IMG/VR virus record: IMGVR_UViG_3300049477_000096
Span: 1 to 41,825 of that record
DNA length: 41,825 nucleotides
Origin: a virus
Taxonomy: Duplodnaviria; Caudoviricetes
Strand: one strand, 5' to 3'
Every line of letters starts with the position of its first letter. The first letter of the stretch is position 1. The notes under the pieces were generated by a model that worked only from the letters and a program-made list of their open reading frames with translations, was not told the origin of the DNA and searched no databases. The position numbers and the translations under genes were made by a program. Shown one piece after another: positions 1 to 8,331 of the stretch.

Positions 1-78
1 AAAGCCGTGTCCGTCTAGTACTACACTCTCAAGACCAAAATCTGTATCCACATAATTGCATTTACTTTCAACCTCAAG
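1..78. repeat. 78-bp terminal overlap, identical to 41748-41825 (circular assembly)
   Basis: AAAGCCGTGTCC...ACCTCAAG is exact at both ends, and an ORF reads through the junction. Confidence 0.97.
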
Positions 79-126
79 CCAATCATTTATGGTCGCCTCT
101 ACCTTACGTTCTAGTTCTGGGTTCAT
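1..126 (-). CDS. Hypothetical protein, 5' part (75 aa in total, continues at 41646-41747)
   Basis: ATG at 126; MNPELERKVEATINDWLEVESK...LRDILSMQD* is open across the circular join. Confidence 0.75.
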   Translation of the reverse strand, partial: MNPELERKVEATINDWLEVESKCNYVDTDFGLESVVLDGHGF

Positions 127-127
127 A

Positions 128-607
128 CTAATGAGATGGGGGGTTAGGTTGTAATACAACAAGTATTATTCCAATGATGAATGGGTCTTTGTGCCCGTCA
201 AATGTCACCCTACGCTCAACAAAGCGGAGCTCTTTCAAAGTTTTTGAGTTTAACAAATGGTGGAACCATCTCGTTTCAGTCTTTGCGGGGACAAGCATAA
301 CAATGGTGGTATCGGACATCTCGCAAGTTTTTATCGCCTTATCAACCCATTTCGGCATTTGATTGAATGGTGGGTTTATAAAAATACTATTGTAGTTTGT
401 CCAGTCTTTTGATAGTCCATCATCTGTTTTGCTGAAAAAGTATGGTGTTCCTAAATTGTTTGGTTTCTCGTCTGATGTGCAGGGGTCAAGTTCAAAATGA
501 AACTCACAATCCAGTTCTTTGAACAGTGCCAGAGGTGTTCTTCTGTCTTGTATTCCTTTGTGAGATACAAGTAGTCTTGAGAGTATACTTTTCAGAAGCC
601 ATTTGTC
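128..607 (-). CDS. Phage Dam-family DNA N6-adenine methyltransferase, start codon unresolved
   Basis: The frame is open from 607, well upstream of the listed ATG at 358: RTPLALFKELDCEFHFELDPC...DDGLSKDW...FINPPF...VMLVPAKTETRWFH. NPPF catalytic motif present. No in-frame ATG before it (CTG at 595). Confidence 0.85.
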   Translation of the reverse strand, partial: DKWLLKSILSRLLVSHKGIQDRRTPLALFKELDCEFHFELDPCTSDEKPNNLGTPYFFSKTDDGLSKDWTNYNSIFINPPFNQMPKWVDKAIKTCEMSDTTIVMLVPAKTETRWFHHLLNSKTLKELRFVERRVTFDGHKDPFIIGIILVVLQPNPPSH

Positions 608-616
608 TTATTCATA

Positions 617-679
617 CTAATGAGATGGGGGGTTAATAGTAATCTTATCCAATACCTTACGTTCTAGTTCTGGGTTCAT
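617..679 (-). pseudogene. 20-codon chimeric mini-ORF (MNPELERKV-LDKITI-NPPSH)
   Basis: Its start copies the gene starting at 126 and its end copies the methylase end. Confidence 0.6.
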
Positions 680-1008
680 ATAGACTTTTGCTTTCCACTT
701 ATAATCGCTTCCGCTATGTTCTGTGCCACTTTCGTAGGCAATATTTTCTCTAACGCTTCATACGTTCCCTCAAACTGTGGCATTTCATACTTCTCATCTA
801 CTTCCTCAAACTCCTTACACCCACACACTACACACTTGTCGGTGTTCTCGTAGTGCTGGGTTTCAGTATCTCCACAGGTGCATTTCTTTTCCTCTACGGG
901 AACAGCAACAACATATCCGTCTGCGTCTAGTCTGAGGTGGTATCGTTCTTCAACAATGTGTTTGCCGTTGTATTTCTCTTTTATGTAGACGAACCTATCT
1001 TGTTTCAT
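676..1008 (-). CDS. Hypothetical protein with Cys/His motif (CTCG...H...CVVCGC)
   Basis: 110-aa ORF in the co-oriented gene array. Confidence 0.75.
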   Translation of the reverse strand: MKQDRFVYIKEKYNGKHIVEERYHLRLDADGYVVAVPVEEKKCTCGDTETQHYENTDKCVVCGCKEFEEVDEKYEMPQFEGTYEALEKILPTKVAQNIAEAIISGKQKSI

Positions 1009-1020
1009 ACGTTGTTGTGG

Positions 1021-1485
1021 TTAGTCTACTATTACAAATCCCAGTGCGCCAAGGAAGTCTGGTAGTTGTGAACGCTTGAGTTGTTTAGTTCCTCCACGAC
1101 CATAGAACTTTGCGTTTTGTAATTCTGCACCACAGAGGTCTGCACCACGGAGGTCTGCACCACGGAGGTTTGCATCACGGAGGTCTGCACCACGGAGGTC
1201 TGCACCACGGAGGTTTGCACCACAGAGGTCTGCATCACAGAGGTCTGCACCACGGAGGTTTGCATCACAGAGGTCTGCACCACGGAGGTCTGCACCACGG
1301 AGGTTTGCATCACCTTTCTCTATTATCGCTTCCCTGTAGGTGGTCTTGGTGGACTGGAATATAACCTCACCTAGTTGGTTCTTGATTGCTATTCCAACCA
1401 TTTTCTCCTCTTTCTTCTCCGCTTCCTGTATAAACTTCTTCACCTCGTCTAGGTTCTCCAATACTTGTTCTTTTGTTAGTTTCAT
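1021..1485 (-). CDS. Pentapeptide-repeat protein
   Basis: A(D/N)L(R/C)(G/D) x12 followed by [10 protein letters not shown]. Confidence 0.92.
   Translation of the reverse strand: MKLTKEQVLENLDEVKKFIQEAEKKEEKMVGIAIKNQLGEVIFQSTKTTYREAIIEKGDANLRGADLRGADLCDANLRGADLCDADLCGANLRGADLRGADLRDANLRGADLRGADLCGAELQNAKFYGRGGTKQLKRSQLPDFLGALGFVIVD
1129..1308. repeat. 12 x 15-bp coding tandem repeat
   Basis: Unit A(C/T)CAC(G/A)GAGGT(C/T)TGC on the + strand. Confidence 0.95.
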
Positions 1486-1577
1486 ATTGTTTTAGTAATT
1501 GCTTGTAAATCTCTCTATACTTGTTACCTCCTAGTCGTTGGGTTTCTTCCCATAGCTCACGATTTTTCTGGTTATGG

Positions 1578-1760
1578 TCACCAAATCTCGGCATGTTGTG
1601 TGGTTATACAGTGGTTGGTGCGGGCAATAAGATGAGTCCTTCTACCTGTTGGGTCGTTACTCCACTCTAGCCAGTCGGTCTGGCTTTTGCTCCATGCTAT
1701 ACCAGGCGCGGTCTTTTTACATACCGTCCCCGCACCAATCACCATATAACCTACTTTCAA
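1578..1760 (-). CDS. Small hypothetical protein
   Basis: Fills the gap in the tightly packed minus-strand array. Confidence 0.5.
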   Translation of the reverse strand: MKVGYMVIGAGTVCKKTAPGIAWSKSQTDWLEWSNDPTGRRTHLIARTNHCITTQHAEIW

Positions 1761-1773
1761 TGTACAACAGGTA

Positions 1774-2157
1774 CTACTTCTTTCCTACGGAGTTTTCCAC
1801 AGCCTCTATTTCCTTTGCTACCCACACTGGAAACTGCATGATGATGTCTTTCTTTTGTGCTGGGTTCTTTTTGAGGTACTTCGTTTCCTTTAGGTAGTGG
1901 TCAAATACTGCACGAGAAACCATGAGGGACAGTGCGTATTCAAGTTCCATTGTGTCCTCATCCTCCCACAACTTGTCTAATCGTTCTTCTTCTACCAACC
2001 GTTGCTTCAAATATAAACTCAAATCTTGCGCCTCTTCGTAAGCATCTTGGAGGGCGTTTCTACCGTTGTTAGCTCTGAGGGGTACTCCGTATTTCTTCTT
2101 CCCCATCTTCTTCCGCTTCTTGATGTCCTCTACTACGAGGTCTGCGATGTCTTTCAT
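1774..2157 (-). CDS. Probable all-alpha nucleotide pyrophosphohydrolase (MazG/dATP-dGTP diphosphohydrolase-like)
   Basis: R...G.KKYG..L......LQDAYEEAQDLSLYL with an EExxD motif. Confidence 0.6.
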   Translation of the reverse strand: MKDIADLVVEDIKKRKKMGKKKYGVPLRANNGRNALQDAYEEAQDLSLYLKQRLVEEERLDKLWEDEDTMELEYALSLMVSRAVFDHYLKETKYLKKNPAQKKDIIMQFPVWVAKEIEAVENSVGKK

Positions 2158-2369
2158 ATATTTATATCGTTATCTGGTAATATTTGCTTTAGGGCGTCGC
2201 TTGCTTCGGTGGTTTCACCGATGAACTTTCCATCGTGGAGTTTGTATTTGAATCCAGTGGCGCCCCACACCCAAACGCCGTTGTCTTTCAATACATCTTT
2301 CATGCTTGAAAGCCATTGTGAGTTTACTTCTTTCTGCCAGGAGGGCATTGTTTGTTCTTCAGTTTTCAT
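2154..2369 (-). CDS. Hypothetical protein
   Basis: 71-aa ORF overlapping both neighbours. Confidence 0.65.
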   Translation of the reverse strand: MKTEEQTMPSWQKEVNSQWLSSMKDVLKDNGVWVWGATGFKYKLHDGKFIGETTEASDALKQILPDNDINI

Positions 2370-2541
2370 CTTCTACTGATAAGATTGCTAATTCTATTTG
2401 GTGAAGTATTTGGCGCTGGAAGTTGTTTGCTTTCTCCCAGTCGTCCATGGTTATCTGTTTTAGTATTGCTCGCTTGCGGACTTTCGCCCATTCCAGTTGG
2501 TTGTGACCTGGACCTTCCTCTTCTTCATTGAAGATGCTCAT
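2359..2541 (-). CDS. Hypothetical protein (start MSIFNEEEEG)
   Basis: ATGA coupling to the stop of 2538-2738. Confidence 0.6.
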   Translation of the reverse strand: MSIFNEEEEGPGHNQLEWAKVRKRAILKQITMDDWEKANNFQRQILHQIELAILSVEDEN

Positions 2542-2738
2542 GGTCGGTCCTTGATGTAGTGAACTATGTTCTTCCCTTGAAGGTATTTGTCGTGCGCTGC
2601 CTTCAATTCCTCTATGCTTCGTTGCGCGTGGTGTACGCGGTGCTTGTCGAGTATCTTTGCTTTTGCGTTCCATGCTCTTGCTTTGTTGAAAGCTTCTAAA
2701 AAGTCCCGTGCTTTATCTTGCTGTGTCTTTGGCGCCAT
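2538..2738 (-). CDS. Hypothetical protein
   Basis: 66-aa ORF with an A-rich upstream region. Confidence 0.65.
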   Translation of the reverse strand: MAPKTQQDKARDFLEAFNKARAWNAKAKILDKHRVHHAQRSIEELKAAHDKYLQGKNIVHYIKDRP

Positions 2739-2874
2739 ACTTTTATGTTAGTGCTAATGCTTTTCAGTGTCAACCTGAAGTGTGTGGATAACTTCTACTG
2801 CAACCTTTTCAGCATTCTTCGTACCGTGGCGCTTCTCTTCCTGAATGAACAGCGCAACCCACTCCCTCATGGCT

Positions 2875-3366
2875 TTAGAGAGCTTTCCTTTTTTCAATGA
2901 TTTCTTCTGCATACGATACAAGGTCGGGTAGGTCCATCTTTGTCCCTCGGTATTTGGCATTTTCTGAAGCAACCCACTCAATGAAGTCCTCCCCGTGTCT
3001 CCGTTTCATCTCGTCTCCGAACCGCGCGCCTACAAGTGAGTCCTCATTGAAGTTACATACCTGGCAGATGAGCGCCATGTTCCTTTCATTATACTTGAAC
3101 ATCCCATTACACAGCGACCAGGCACGGAAATGTCCAGCCTGACCCTCCCTCCATGACTGAAAGCGATGTTTACAGGACACACAGTAGCCGTACCTCTTGA
3201 AGTCACGTTCCCGAACATACTCTGAAACGAGTTTCCATAGCCGTTTTTGGTGAGCATTTGAGCCATGTCCCCCTGTTGCGGGAAGGGATTTGAACCACTG
3301 TGGAGCCTCAAACCTGAAGATTGGCTTTGTTCTGCGGTGCTTTGGCTTTTTGGCTTTCCGTAGCAT
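2875..3366 (-). CDS. ninG: NinG/Rap-like recombination endonuclease
   Basis: YVRERD...CVSC...QAGHF...YNERN...CQVCN pattern of lambda NinG. Confidence 0.8.
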   Translation of the reverse strand: MLRKAKKPKHRRTKPIFRFEAPQWFKSLPATGGHGSNAHQKRLWKLVSEYVRERDFKRYGYCVSCKHRFQSWREGQAGHFRAWSLCNGMFKYNERNMALICQVCNFNEDSLVGARFGDEMKRRHGEDFIEWVASENAKYRGTKMDLPDLVSYAEEIIEKRKAL

Positions 3367-3413
3367 TTTGTGAAGGTACTGTTTCTAGGTTTGGAGTGTT
3401 GCGTGCAACCTAG

Positions 3414-3842
3414 CTATATTTCGACTGGCTCGCCACTTTCTATGTCTATGTATGTTATTTCCTCACTATTTCTCTCAAAAACGGCGAACAAATCCACTCC
3501 TTCGTGGACCTTGTTAGGGAAAGCTAGTTTTCCTGTCATACTTCTGTAACCAGTTCTAATTTCTAATGAGTATGATTTTCCGCCCTTTATCGCAACTGCA
3601 TCACAGAAACACGCAGGAGAAAGCGCTCTAAACGTTGCATACCCTTTACTTAATAAGTCAGCACATACGCGCATTTCTGAAAGAGCACCAACGGTTCCAG
3701 TACTCAAGCTTACGCCATCAACAACGCTCCTCCCTGTATACTCCCGTGCTTTTTTTAAGCGACATTCCCTTGAGCAGTATTTAGCGGTCTTTACATGGCT
3801 CTCAAATTGCTCACCACACACATGGCAGTTATATTTGGTCAT
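3414..3842 (-). CDS. PD-(D/E)XK endonuclease with N-terminal Zn-finger, homing-endonuclease-like
   Basis: CHVC...KYCSREC, then GALSEMRVCADLLSKGY...D.V...EIRT. Confidence 0.7.
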   Translation of the reverse strand: MTKYNCHVCGEQFESHVKTAKYCSRECRLKKAREYTGRSVVDGVSLSTGTVGALSEMRVCADLLSKGYATFRALSPACFCDAVAIKGGKSYSLEIRTGYRSMTGKLAFPNKVHEGVDLFAVFERNSEEITYIDIESGEPVEI

Positions 3843-3851
3843 ACGCCTAAC

Positions 3852-3876
3852 AGTATAGCATGAATAGGCTTATTCA
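3852..3876 (-). promoter_or_regulatory. Extended -10 promoter TGCTATACT with palindrome TGAATA-ggct-TATTCA
   Basis: -10 at 3857-3852, 9 nt upstream of the ATG at 3842; inverted repeat at 3861-3876. Confidence 0.6.
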
Positions 3877-3884
3877 GCATATAT

Positions 3885-4382
3885 TTATGAGGTCTGGGGG
3901 GCATACCTAGCCTTGATAGTATCAGCAATCTGAAGTGCCTTTTCTTCCCCATATTTCTTGACGATGTTTGCGATGACTGTTTCTAGGTTGAACTCCCCTT
4001 GTTTGCCTTCTCCGAGGTAGTGTCGGCGGAGGGCGGAGAGTGAGGGGTCGGGGATACCTGTGATGTCTGCCACTTCCTTTAGAGCTTGGTCAAAGTCTGG
4101 GCGGTCTTTCCACAGCATGTAGGTTGACCATAGTGAGCGCGGTGATTTGCCTGAGTCTGTGGCTATCTGGCGAACGAGGGCAGTTGAGTTGACCTTGTTC
4201 TGTTCAACGAAGTCCGTCATTGACCTTCCTACGAGGAAGTCAATCTTGGCGGCGGTGGTGAAGATGACACGTTGCCCTTCTTTCCACGTTGCGGACAGCT
4301 CTTCTATGAGAGCGTGGTACTTCTCGTCGCGGACGACGGTCTCTGCGGGTACGACTTCTGGCTGTATTTGTAGTTCGTTCAT
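3885..4382 (-). CDS. Hypothetical helical protein, possibly DNA-binding
   Basis: 165-aa ORF coupled to the Zn-finger gene; LVRQIATDSGKSPRSLW resembles an HTH. Confidence 0.7.
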   Translation of the reverse strand: MNELQIQPEVVPAETVVRDEKYHALIEELSATWKEGQRVIFTTAAKIDFLVGRSMTDFVEQNKVNSTALVRQIATDSGKSPRSLWSTYMLWKDRPDFDQALKEVADITGIPDPSLSALRRHYLGEGKQGEFNLETVIANIVKKYGEEKALQIADTIKARYAPQTS

Positions 4383-4915
4383 AGGTTATATGTGTTAATA
4401 GCTCGTACTGCTTCCTTAAATGGAAGGTTGTACTTCCTCATTACGAAGCCTATCGTAGTTCCGCCAAGTCCACAACCATGGCAGTACCACTTGTTACCTG
4501 TAATGTGGAAGCTCGCGGTCTTCTCATTGTGAAATGGACAGCGGTGGAAGTCCCTCTTGGAGTTGAGAACACTCCGCATGGGGAACTCATTTGCACGGCG
4601 GATTTCATCCTTGGAGAGAAAGTCCTTGTTGCCAGAGAGTACTGACTCAATGTGCTTGATGTGGTAGGTGAGACGCTTGAAGCGTTCGTGGGCTGGACTG
4701 CCGATGTAGTACCCTTCCACTCGCATGGAGTCGGCATACTTCTGCTCCTTCCAGTACTTGTCTGCAAGGTCCATGCAAATCTTCTTGAGGTTTGAAATGG
4801 ATAGTGCCATTTCAGTCTGGCTGTCCTTCAGCTCTGTGAGGATTTGAGGAAGCTCCTCGCGGACTTCGGGGAACATCTCTAAAGCTTCGGTGAGTGTGAG
4901 GTTAGAACTTTCCAT
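4379..4915 (-). CDS. CHC2 zinc-finger protein (primase Zn-binding domain only)
   Basis: CPFHNEKTASFHI...WYCHGCGLGG; no TOPRIM domain seen. Confidence 0.85.
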   Translation of the reverse strand: MESSNLTLTEALEMFPEVREELPQILTELKDSQTEMALSISNLKKICMDLADKYWKEQKYADSMRVEGYYIGSPAHERFKRLTYHIKHIESVLSGNKDFLSKDEIRRANEFPMRSVLNSKRDFHRCPFHNEKTASFHITGNKWYCHGCGLGGTTIGFVMRKYNLPFKEAVRAINTYNL

Positions 4916-5777
4916 GGTTGTTGAAGGCTTCTATGTCGGAGTTCCAGTTGTTCTCGTAGAAGGTTGTGCCATCAAAGGTCATGCGGACGGTTCCTGGCTT
5001 CCCCCTACGGACTGCTTGAACTGATACTGCAACATTTTCAGTGATAACAATTTGATTGTCTGCGCGTGCTGTCTGGCGCCAGAGCATGATGACGGTGTTG
5101 GCGAACTGCGCGATTGAAGAAGCTCCCTTGAGGTCGTTCACGTCTGGTGCGCGTTCCATGTCTGATTTGACGACGTGGTGAACTAGAATGATAGGCACGC
5201 TCCACTTCTCCGCAACGTCTTTCAGTCCACGAACGAAGAAGGTGTACTCCTGTTCCTGACTGTTTCCCCTTGGGACTGCTGACTGAAGGTTGTCAATGAA
5301 CACCAGCTCCGTTCCGTACTTCACAATGGACTCCACAATGCGTTCCTCTATCCATTCAACGCTTCGGTGCTTCAATGCTGACGGTGTGTAGAACAGTGGC
5401 ACGGTGATACTCCTGTCCATGAAACGCTCAACCAACTCTTCCGCGCCGTCCTCGTAGGAGAACCACAACGGCTTCCGCTCCTGCATCTTATTCGTGAGGA
5501 ATATGCAGAACTCTGTCTTGCCACTCTTGGCTTGTGCACCGATGACAATGAGCTGTCCTGGTCTAACTCCACCACGAAGCAGGTTGTCCAGTGACTCAAT
5601 ACCTGTCGGAAGAACGGGGATGGGGTCTCCCTCACGAAGCCTCTTCTCAATATCGTGAGAGGACTCTAGCTTGTCGTCTCCCTGATAGACCTTCATCGCT
5701 TCGCGAAGGCGCTCTTTCTGCTCATCTGTTGTAATCTCTTTGCTTAATTGCTTTAGGTGTAGCTCGAAGGGTTCCAT
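4902..5777 (-). CDS. DnaB-like replicative helicase
   Basis: PTGIESLDNLL.GG, Walker A GAQAKSGKT, FSYE, VFIDNLQ, DLKGASSIAQFA. Confidence 0.9.
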   Translation of the reverse strand: MEPFELHLKQLSKEITTDEQKERLREAMKVYQGDDKLESSHDIEKRLREGDPIPVLPTGIESLDNLLRGGVRPGQLIVIGAQAKSGKTEFCIFLTNKMQERKPLWFSYEDGAEELVERFMDRSITVPLFYTPSALKHRSVEWIEERIVESIVKYGTELVFIDNLQSAVPRGNSQEQEYTFFVRGLKDVAEKWSVPIILVHHVVKSDMERAPDVNDLKGASSIAQFANTVIMLWRQTARADNQIVITENVAVSVQAVRRGKPGTVRMTFDGTTFYENNWNSDIEAFNNHGKF

Positions 5778-5778
5778 G

Positions 5779-6492
5779 TTAGTGTGCTTTATCCTTAAAC
5801 GATAACAGCTTCTCCCACTTCGTGTCTAGGTCATAGGGTGTGGATATCTCAGGTATAAACTGCCTATGACTATTTTTCTTGTAAAAGTCAATAGCCTTGA
5901 GTACCTGTTCCAGCCCCCGTTCAGCAATCAGCGCACGCGCTGCTTTAATTTGAGTCGTGTTGCGCTCCCAGGACTTTGGATAGTCTGGCGCAAAAGAGTT
6001 GAACACAACGCGGTAGGATGTATCTTTCTTCCTGAAGGTGGGGTTAATCTCGTTGCCATTGTCATCCACTATTGCAGTTGAGTACTCATCTTCACTATCG
6101 TTTATTTCACTTACATGCGAAGCGTTAGCTTCGCTAGTTATATCTTTATTATATATATATTGTGCAAGTGACGGATTTTCCGTCGGGGTGACGGATTTTC
6201 CGTCAGTTGGACGGTTTTCCGTCTTACCGCTTGCGAACGTAACTGCTCTATACCACTTGTCGGTTGTCTTCACTCCATCACCAACATCGGATATCAACCC
6301 CTTATCGCGTAGTGTTGCCTTTGCGGAGTTTACCGTGTCCTTGTGGACACCAGACCACTCACCAATCTCCTTTGATGACTTCGTTGTTGGAAACTGGTGT
6401 GACAGTTGGTGTATAGAGTCACACACCATGTACTCGCTTAATGTAAGGTCAAACGCTTTCCTTACATCGTGGTGGATAATTGTGTACCTCAT
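5779..6492 (-). CDS. Replication initiator (N-terminal winged HTH, lambda O-like layout)
   Basis: Likely start MRYTII at 6492; HTH SSKEIGEWSGVHKDTVNSAKATLRDKGLI; internal iterons; directly upstream of the helicase. Confidence 0.8.
   Translation of the reverse strand: MRYTIIHHDVRKAFDLTLSEYMVCDSIHQLSHQFPTTKSSKEIGEWSGVHKDTVNSAKATLRDKGLISDVGDGVKTTDKWYRAVTFASGKTENRPTDGKSVTPTENPSLAQYIYNKDITSEANASHVSEINDSEDEYSTAIVDDNGNEINPTFRKKDTSYRVVFNSFAPDYPKSWERNTTQIKAARALIAERGLEQVLKAIDFYKKNSHRQFIPEISTPYDLDTKWEKLLSFKDKAH
6117..6223. other. Putative replication origin inside the initiator gene
   Basis: Three palindromic iterons GACGG(A)TTTTCCGTC at 6170, 6190 and 6210 (20-bp period), an AT-rich tract at ~6138-6161 and an inverted repeat GCGAAGC-gtta-GCTTCGC. 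Confidence 0.75.
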
Positions 6493-6599
6493 GCTTTTGT
6501 TCTTACTTATAAAACACTTACGACGGGGGCGGTAAGAAAGGGAGCATGTTCCCTTGCGGCGAGCCGCGCGCCCCCTGCGTAAATGTTCTACCAATAACG

Positions 6600-6644
6600 A
6601 TTATAGCATAGCTTGTTTTGACGCAAATCGGTGGGTGTGGATAA
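6600..6644 (-). promoter_or_regulatory. Initiator promoter (TGCTATAAT) with upstream DnaA box
   Basis: -10 at 6605-6600; TGTGGATAA at 6636-6644. Confidence 0.7.
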
Positions 6645-6646
6645 CT

Positions 6647-6669
6647 AAAACCCCCCAGAAAGGGGGTTC
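6647..6669 (-). terminator. Intrinsic terminator
   Basis: AACCCCC-TTTCTG-GGGGGTT followed by T residues on the minus strand. Confidence 0.6.
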
Positions 6670-6727
6670 TAGCCGAGCTATGTCCACCGAAGGATAAGCA
6701 ATAACCTTCGTAGGAAAAAACGTAGTA

Positions 6728-6931
6728 CTACTCCTCTAGTGTATCATGTTTTTCCTGGTTGTCCACGTGGCGAGTTTCTAGGTAGTAGTCAACAATCTTG
6801 AGCAACTCGTTAACCTCTCCACGGGTCCAGTCACGCTTGTTCAGAAGGCTGTCCTGCTGTCCACCTATCTGACCTGAACGGGTTGCCCAGTTCTGACCAT
6901 CGTAGGTTTTCAATACAATAGGCTCCTTCAT
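6728..6931 (-). CDS. Hypothetical protein (start MKEPIV)
   Basis: ATG directly after the stop of the upstream gene. Confidence 0.6.
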   Translation of the reverse strand: MKEPIVLKTYDGQNWATRSGQIGGQQDSLLNKRDWTRGEVNELLKIVDYYLETRHVDNQEKHDTLEE

Positions 6932-6932
6932 A

Positions 6933-7184
6933 TTAGTGACCAGTGTGGCGCTGGTGAGTGAGGAGTCCAATACGTCCTACCAACTGCTTCTTGCACTTCT
7001 TACACGTGTGAGGTGTTTGATAGTAGTCGGGGTTGGCGCTGATGTACGGAACCTTCTTGGGGCGCTTGTGGTAGGCGCGCTTCTTAAGACCTGCCTTGGC
7101 AGTCTCAATCGCTATGATTTGCAGTTGGGCAACTGCATGTTCAAGAACTTCCACACGTTCCTGAAGCTTGTTAGAGAACAACAT
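6933..7184 (-). CDS. Coiled-coil protein with C-terminal C2H2-type Zn finger
   Basis: HTCKKCKKQLVGRIGLLTHQRHTGH. Confidence 0.65.
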   Translation of the reverse strand: MLFSNKLQERVEVLEHAVAQLQIIAIETAKAGLKKRAYHKRPKKVPYISANPDYYQTPHTCKKCKKQLVGRIGLLTHQRHTGH

Positions 7185-7185
7185 A

Positions 7186-7788
7186 CTAGAAAGGAATGTC
7201 ATCGGGGTTAATGCCGTCCTCCACAGCGCTTCCAGCGGCTTCCTTAAGCTCCTTAATGCGCTCTACGTTCTTCTCATCGGTGAACGCTGCCTTCGGGTCA
7301 AGGCGCGTCTTCTCAAACGCTTCCTTGGCTTCTGCCGAGAGAGGCTTGCCTGGTGACGGGGTGAGCGAGTAGCGGGTCTTTAGACCCTTACCCGTGCGCT
7401 CAATGGTAATGTCAAACGCAGCAAGGTTGCCCCAGTCAGGGTTGCTAATGAGGGCGAGTATCTGCGTTTTGATTGTTGCTTGGGTGAACTCCCAAATCTG
7501 AACAGCCTGAAGGTCGTAGTTCCATACCAAACACGCACCAAACTGGTTGTATTTGGCGTAGGTTGTACCGTCTTCGCGGGTGTTCTTATCGAGTAATACC
7601 TGCTCCTTCTGTGTCAAACCTTCGGTTGCACGGAGCGTTACTGGCATGTCTTTGTACCAGCCCTTGTAGCCGAGGATGAGTTCCTTGCTCAATACGCGGA
7701 GCTTGGTTCTCCCTTCGGGAAACTTAATGTACATCGGTGCGTCAGATACTTCTGACTTTCCGAAGAACTCTTCTAGGTTATCGGTCAT
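7186..7788 (-). CDS. Single-stranded DNA-binding protein
   Basis: YIKF..G...LRVL, FDITIERTGKGLKTRYSLTP and an acidic DDIPF tail. Confidence 0.8.
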   Translation of the reverse strand: MTDNLEEFFGKSEVSDAPMYIKFPEGRTKLRVLSKELILGYKGWYKDMPVTLRATEGLTQKEQVLLDKNTREDGTTYAKYNQFGACLVWNYDLQAVQIWEFTQATIKTQILALISNPDWGNLAAFDITIERTGKGLKTRYSLTPSPGKPLSAEAKEAFEKTRLDPKAAFTDEKNVERIKELKEAAGSAVEDGINPDDIPF

Positions 7789-7856
7789 GTGTTATGAACT
7801 AAGTCTGTTAAGCGCGGAGTGTGTTAGATGTGTTATGTAGTTATGCTTTTAATCGT

Positions 7857-8084
7857 TTAGTAGTTAAGCTGTGCCTCGACGATAAGGAGGGCGCGTTCCA
7901 GTAATCCAATGGATATATCGTCATCGCTTCTGCGCTGTGCCTCAATGAGTATGGAGTGCAAATCTTTCAGTTGTTTAGTTACACCGAACCTGCACGCATC
8001 GTAGTGTTCCATTGACTCATCGGCGTTCACCAATCTGTCCACGGCAAGCTTGGTGTTGTACCGCTCAACGCGAAGGTTATTCAT
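7857..8084 (-). CDS. Hypothetical protein (start MNNLRVERY)
   Basis: Overlaps the stop of 8077-8331. Confidence 0.6.
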   Translation of the reverse strand: MNNLRVERYNTKLAVDRLVNADESMEHYDACRFGVTKQLKDLHSILIEAQRRSDDDISIGLLERALLIVEAQLNY

Positions 8085-8331
8085 ACTGTCGGTTTTCCCA
8101 GGCTCGCTGTGCATTATCCAGCTCACGCTCCATGGAAGCGTCTTCTCGCTCCATCCAGTAGTCTTCGTCGTTGTTCGTAATGAAGGTGTCTCGCACCGAC
8201 ACGTTGACTTCAGGTGCTTTTCGCTCATGAAACTTTTGGGTTATCTTGGTTAATATGTTTGGGTCTTTTGGAGTGATGTTCTGTGCCTCCATAAAGTCCA
8301 GCGGGTCATACAATGGGTCTGGGTTGCTCAT
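8077..8331 (-). CDS. Hypothetical acidic protein
   Basis: 84-aa ORF downstream of a promoter-like, DnaA-box-containing gap. Confidence 0.65.
   Translation of the reverse strand: MSNPDPLYDPLDFMEAQNITPKDPNILTKITQKFHERKAPEVNVSVRDTFITNNDEDYWMEREDASMERELDNAQRAWENRQYE

Noticed and set aside
1-78. Terminal repeat as a physical direct terminal repeat
   Set aside because: It falls inside an ORF and has the length of a typical assembler k-mer overlap; it shows circularity only.
100-680. Diversity-generating retroelement TR/VR pair
   Set aside because: The repeats are short and exact with no adenine-specific mismatches, and no reverse transcriptase was seen.
1129-1308. CRISPR array
   Set aside because: Head-to-tail coding repeats with no spacers; no cas genes recognised.
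1032-1364. VVQTS and poly-His (HHGGL) repeat ORFs
   Set aside because: Alternative-frame and antisense shadows of the pentapeptide repeat gene.
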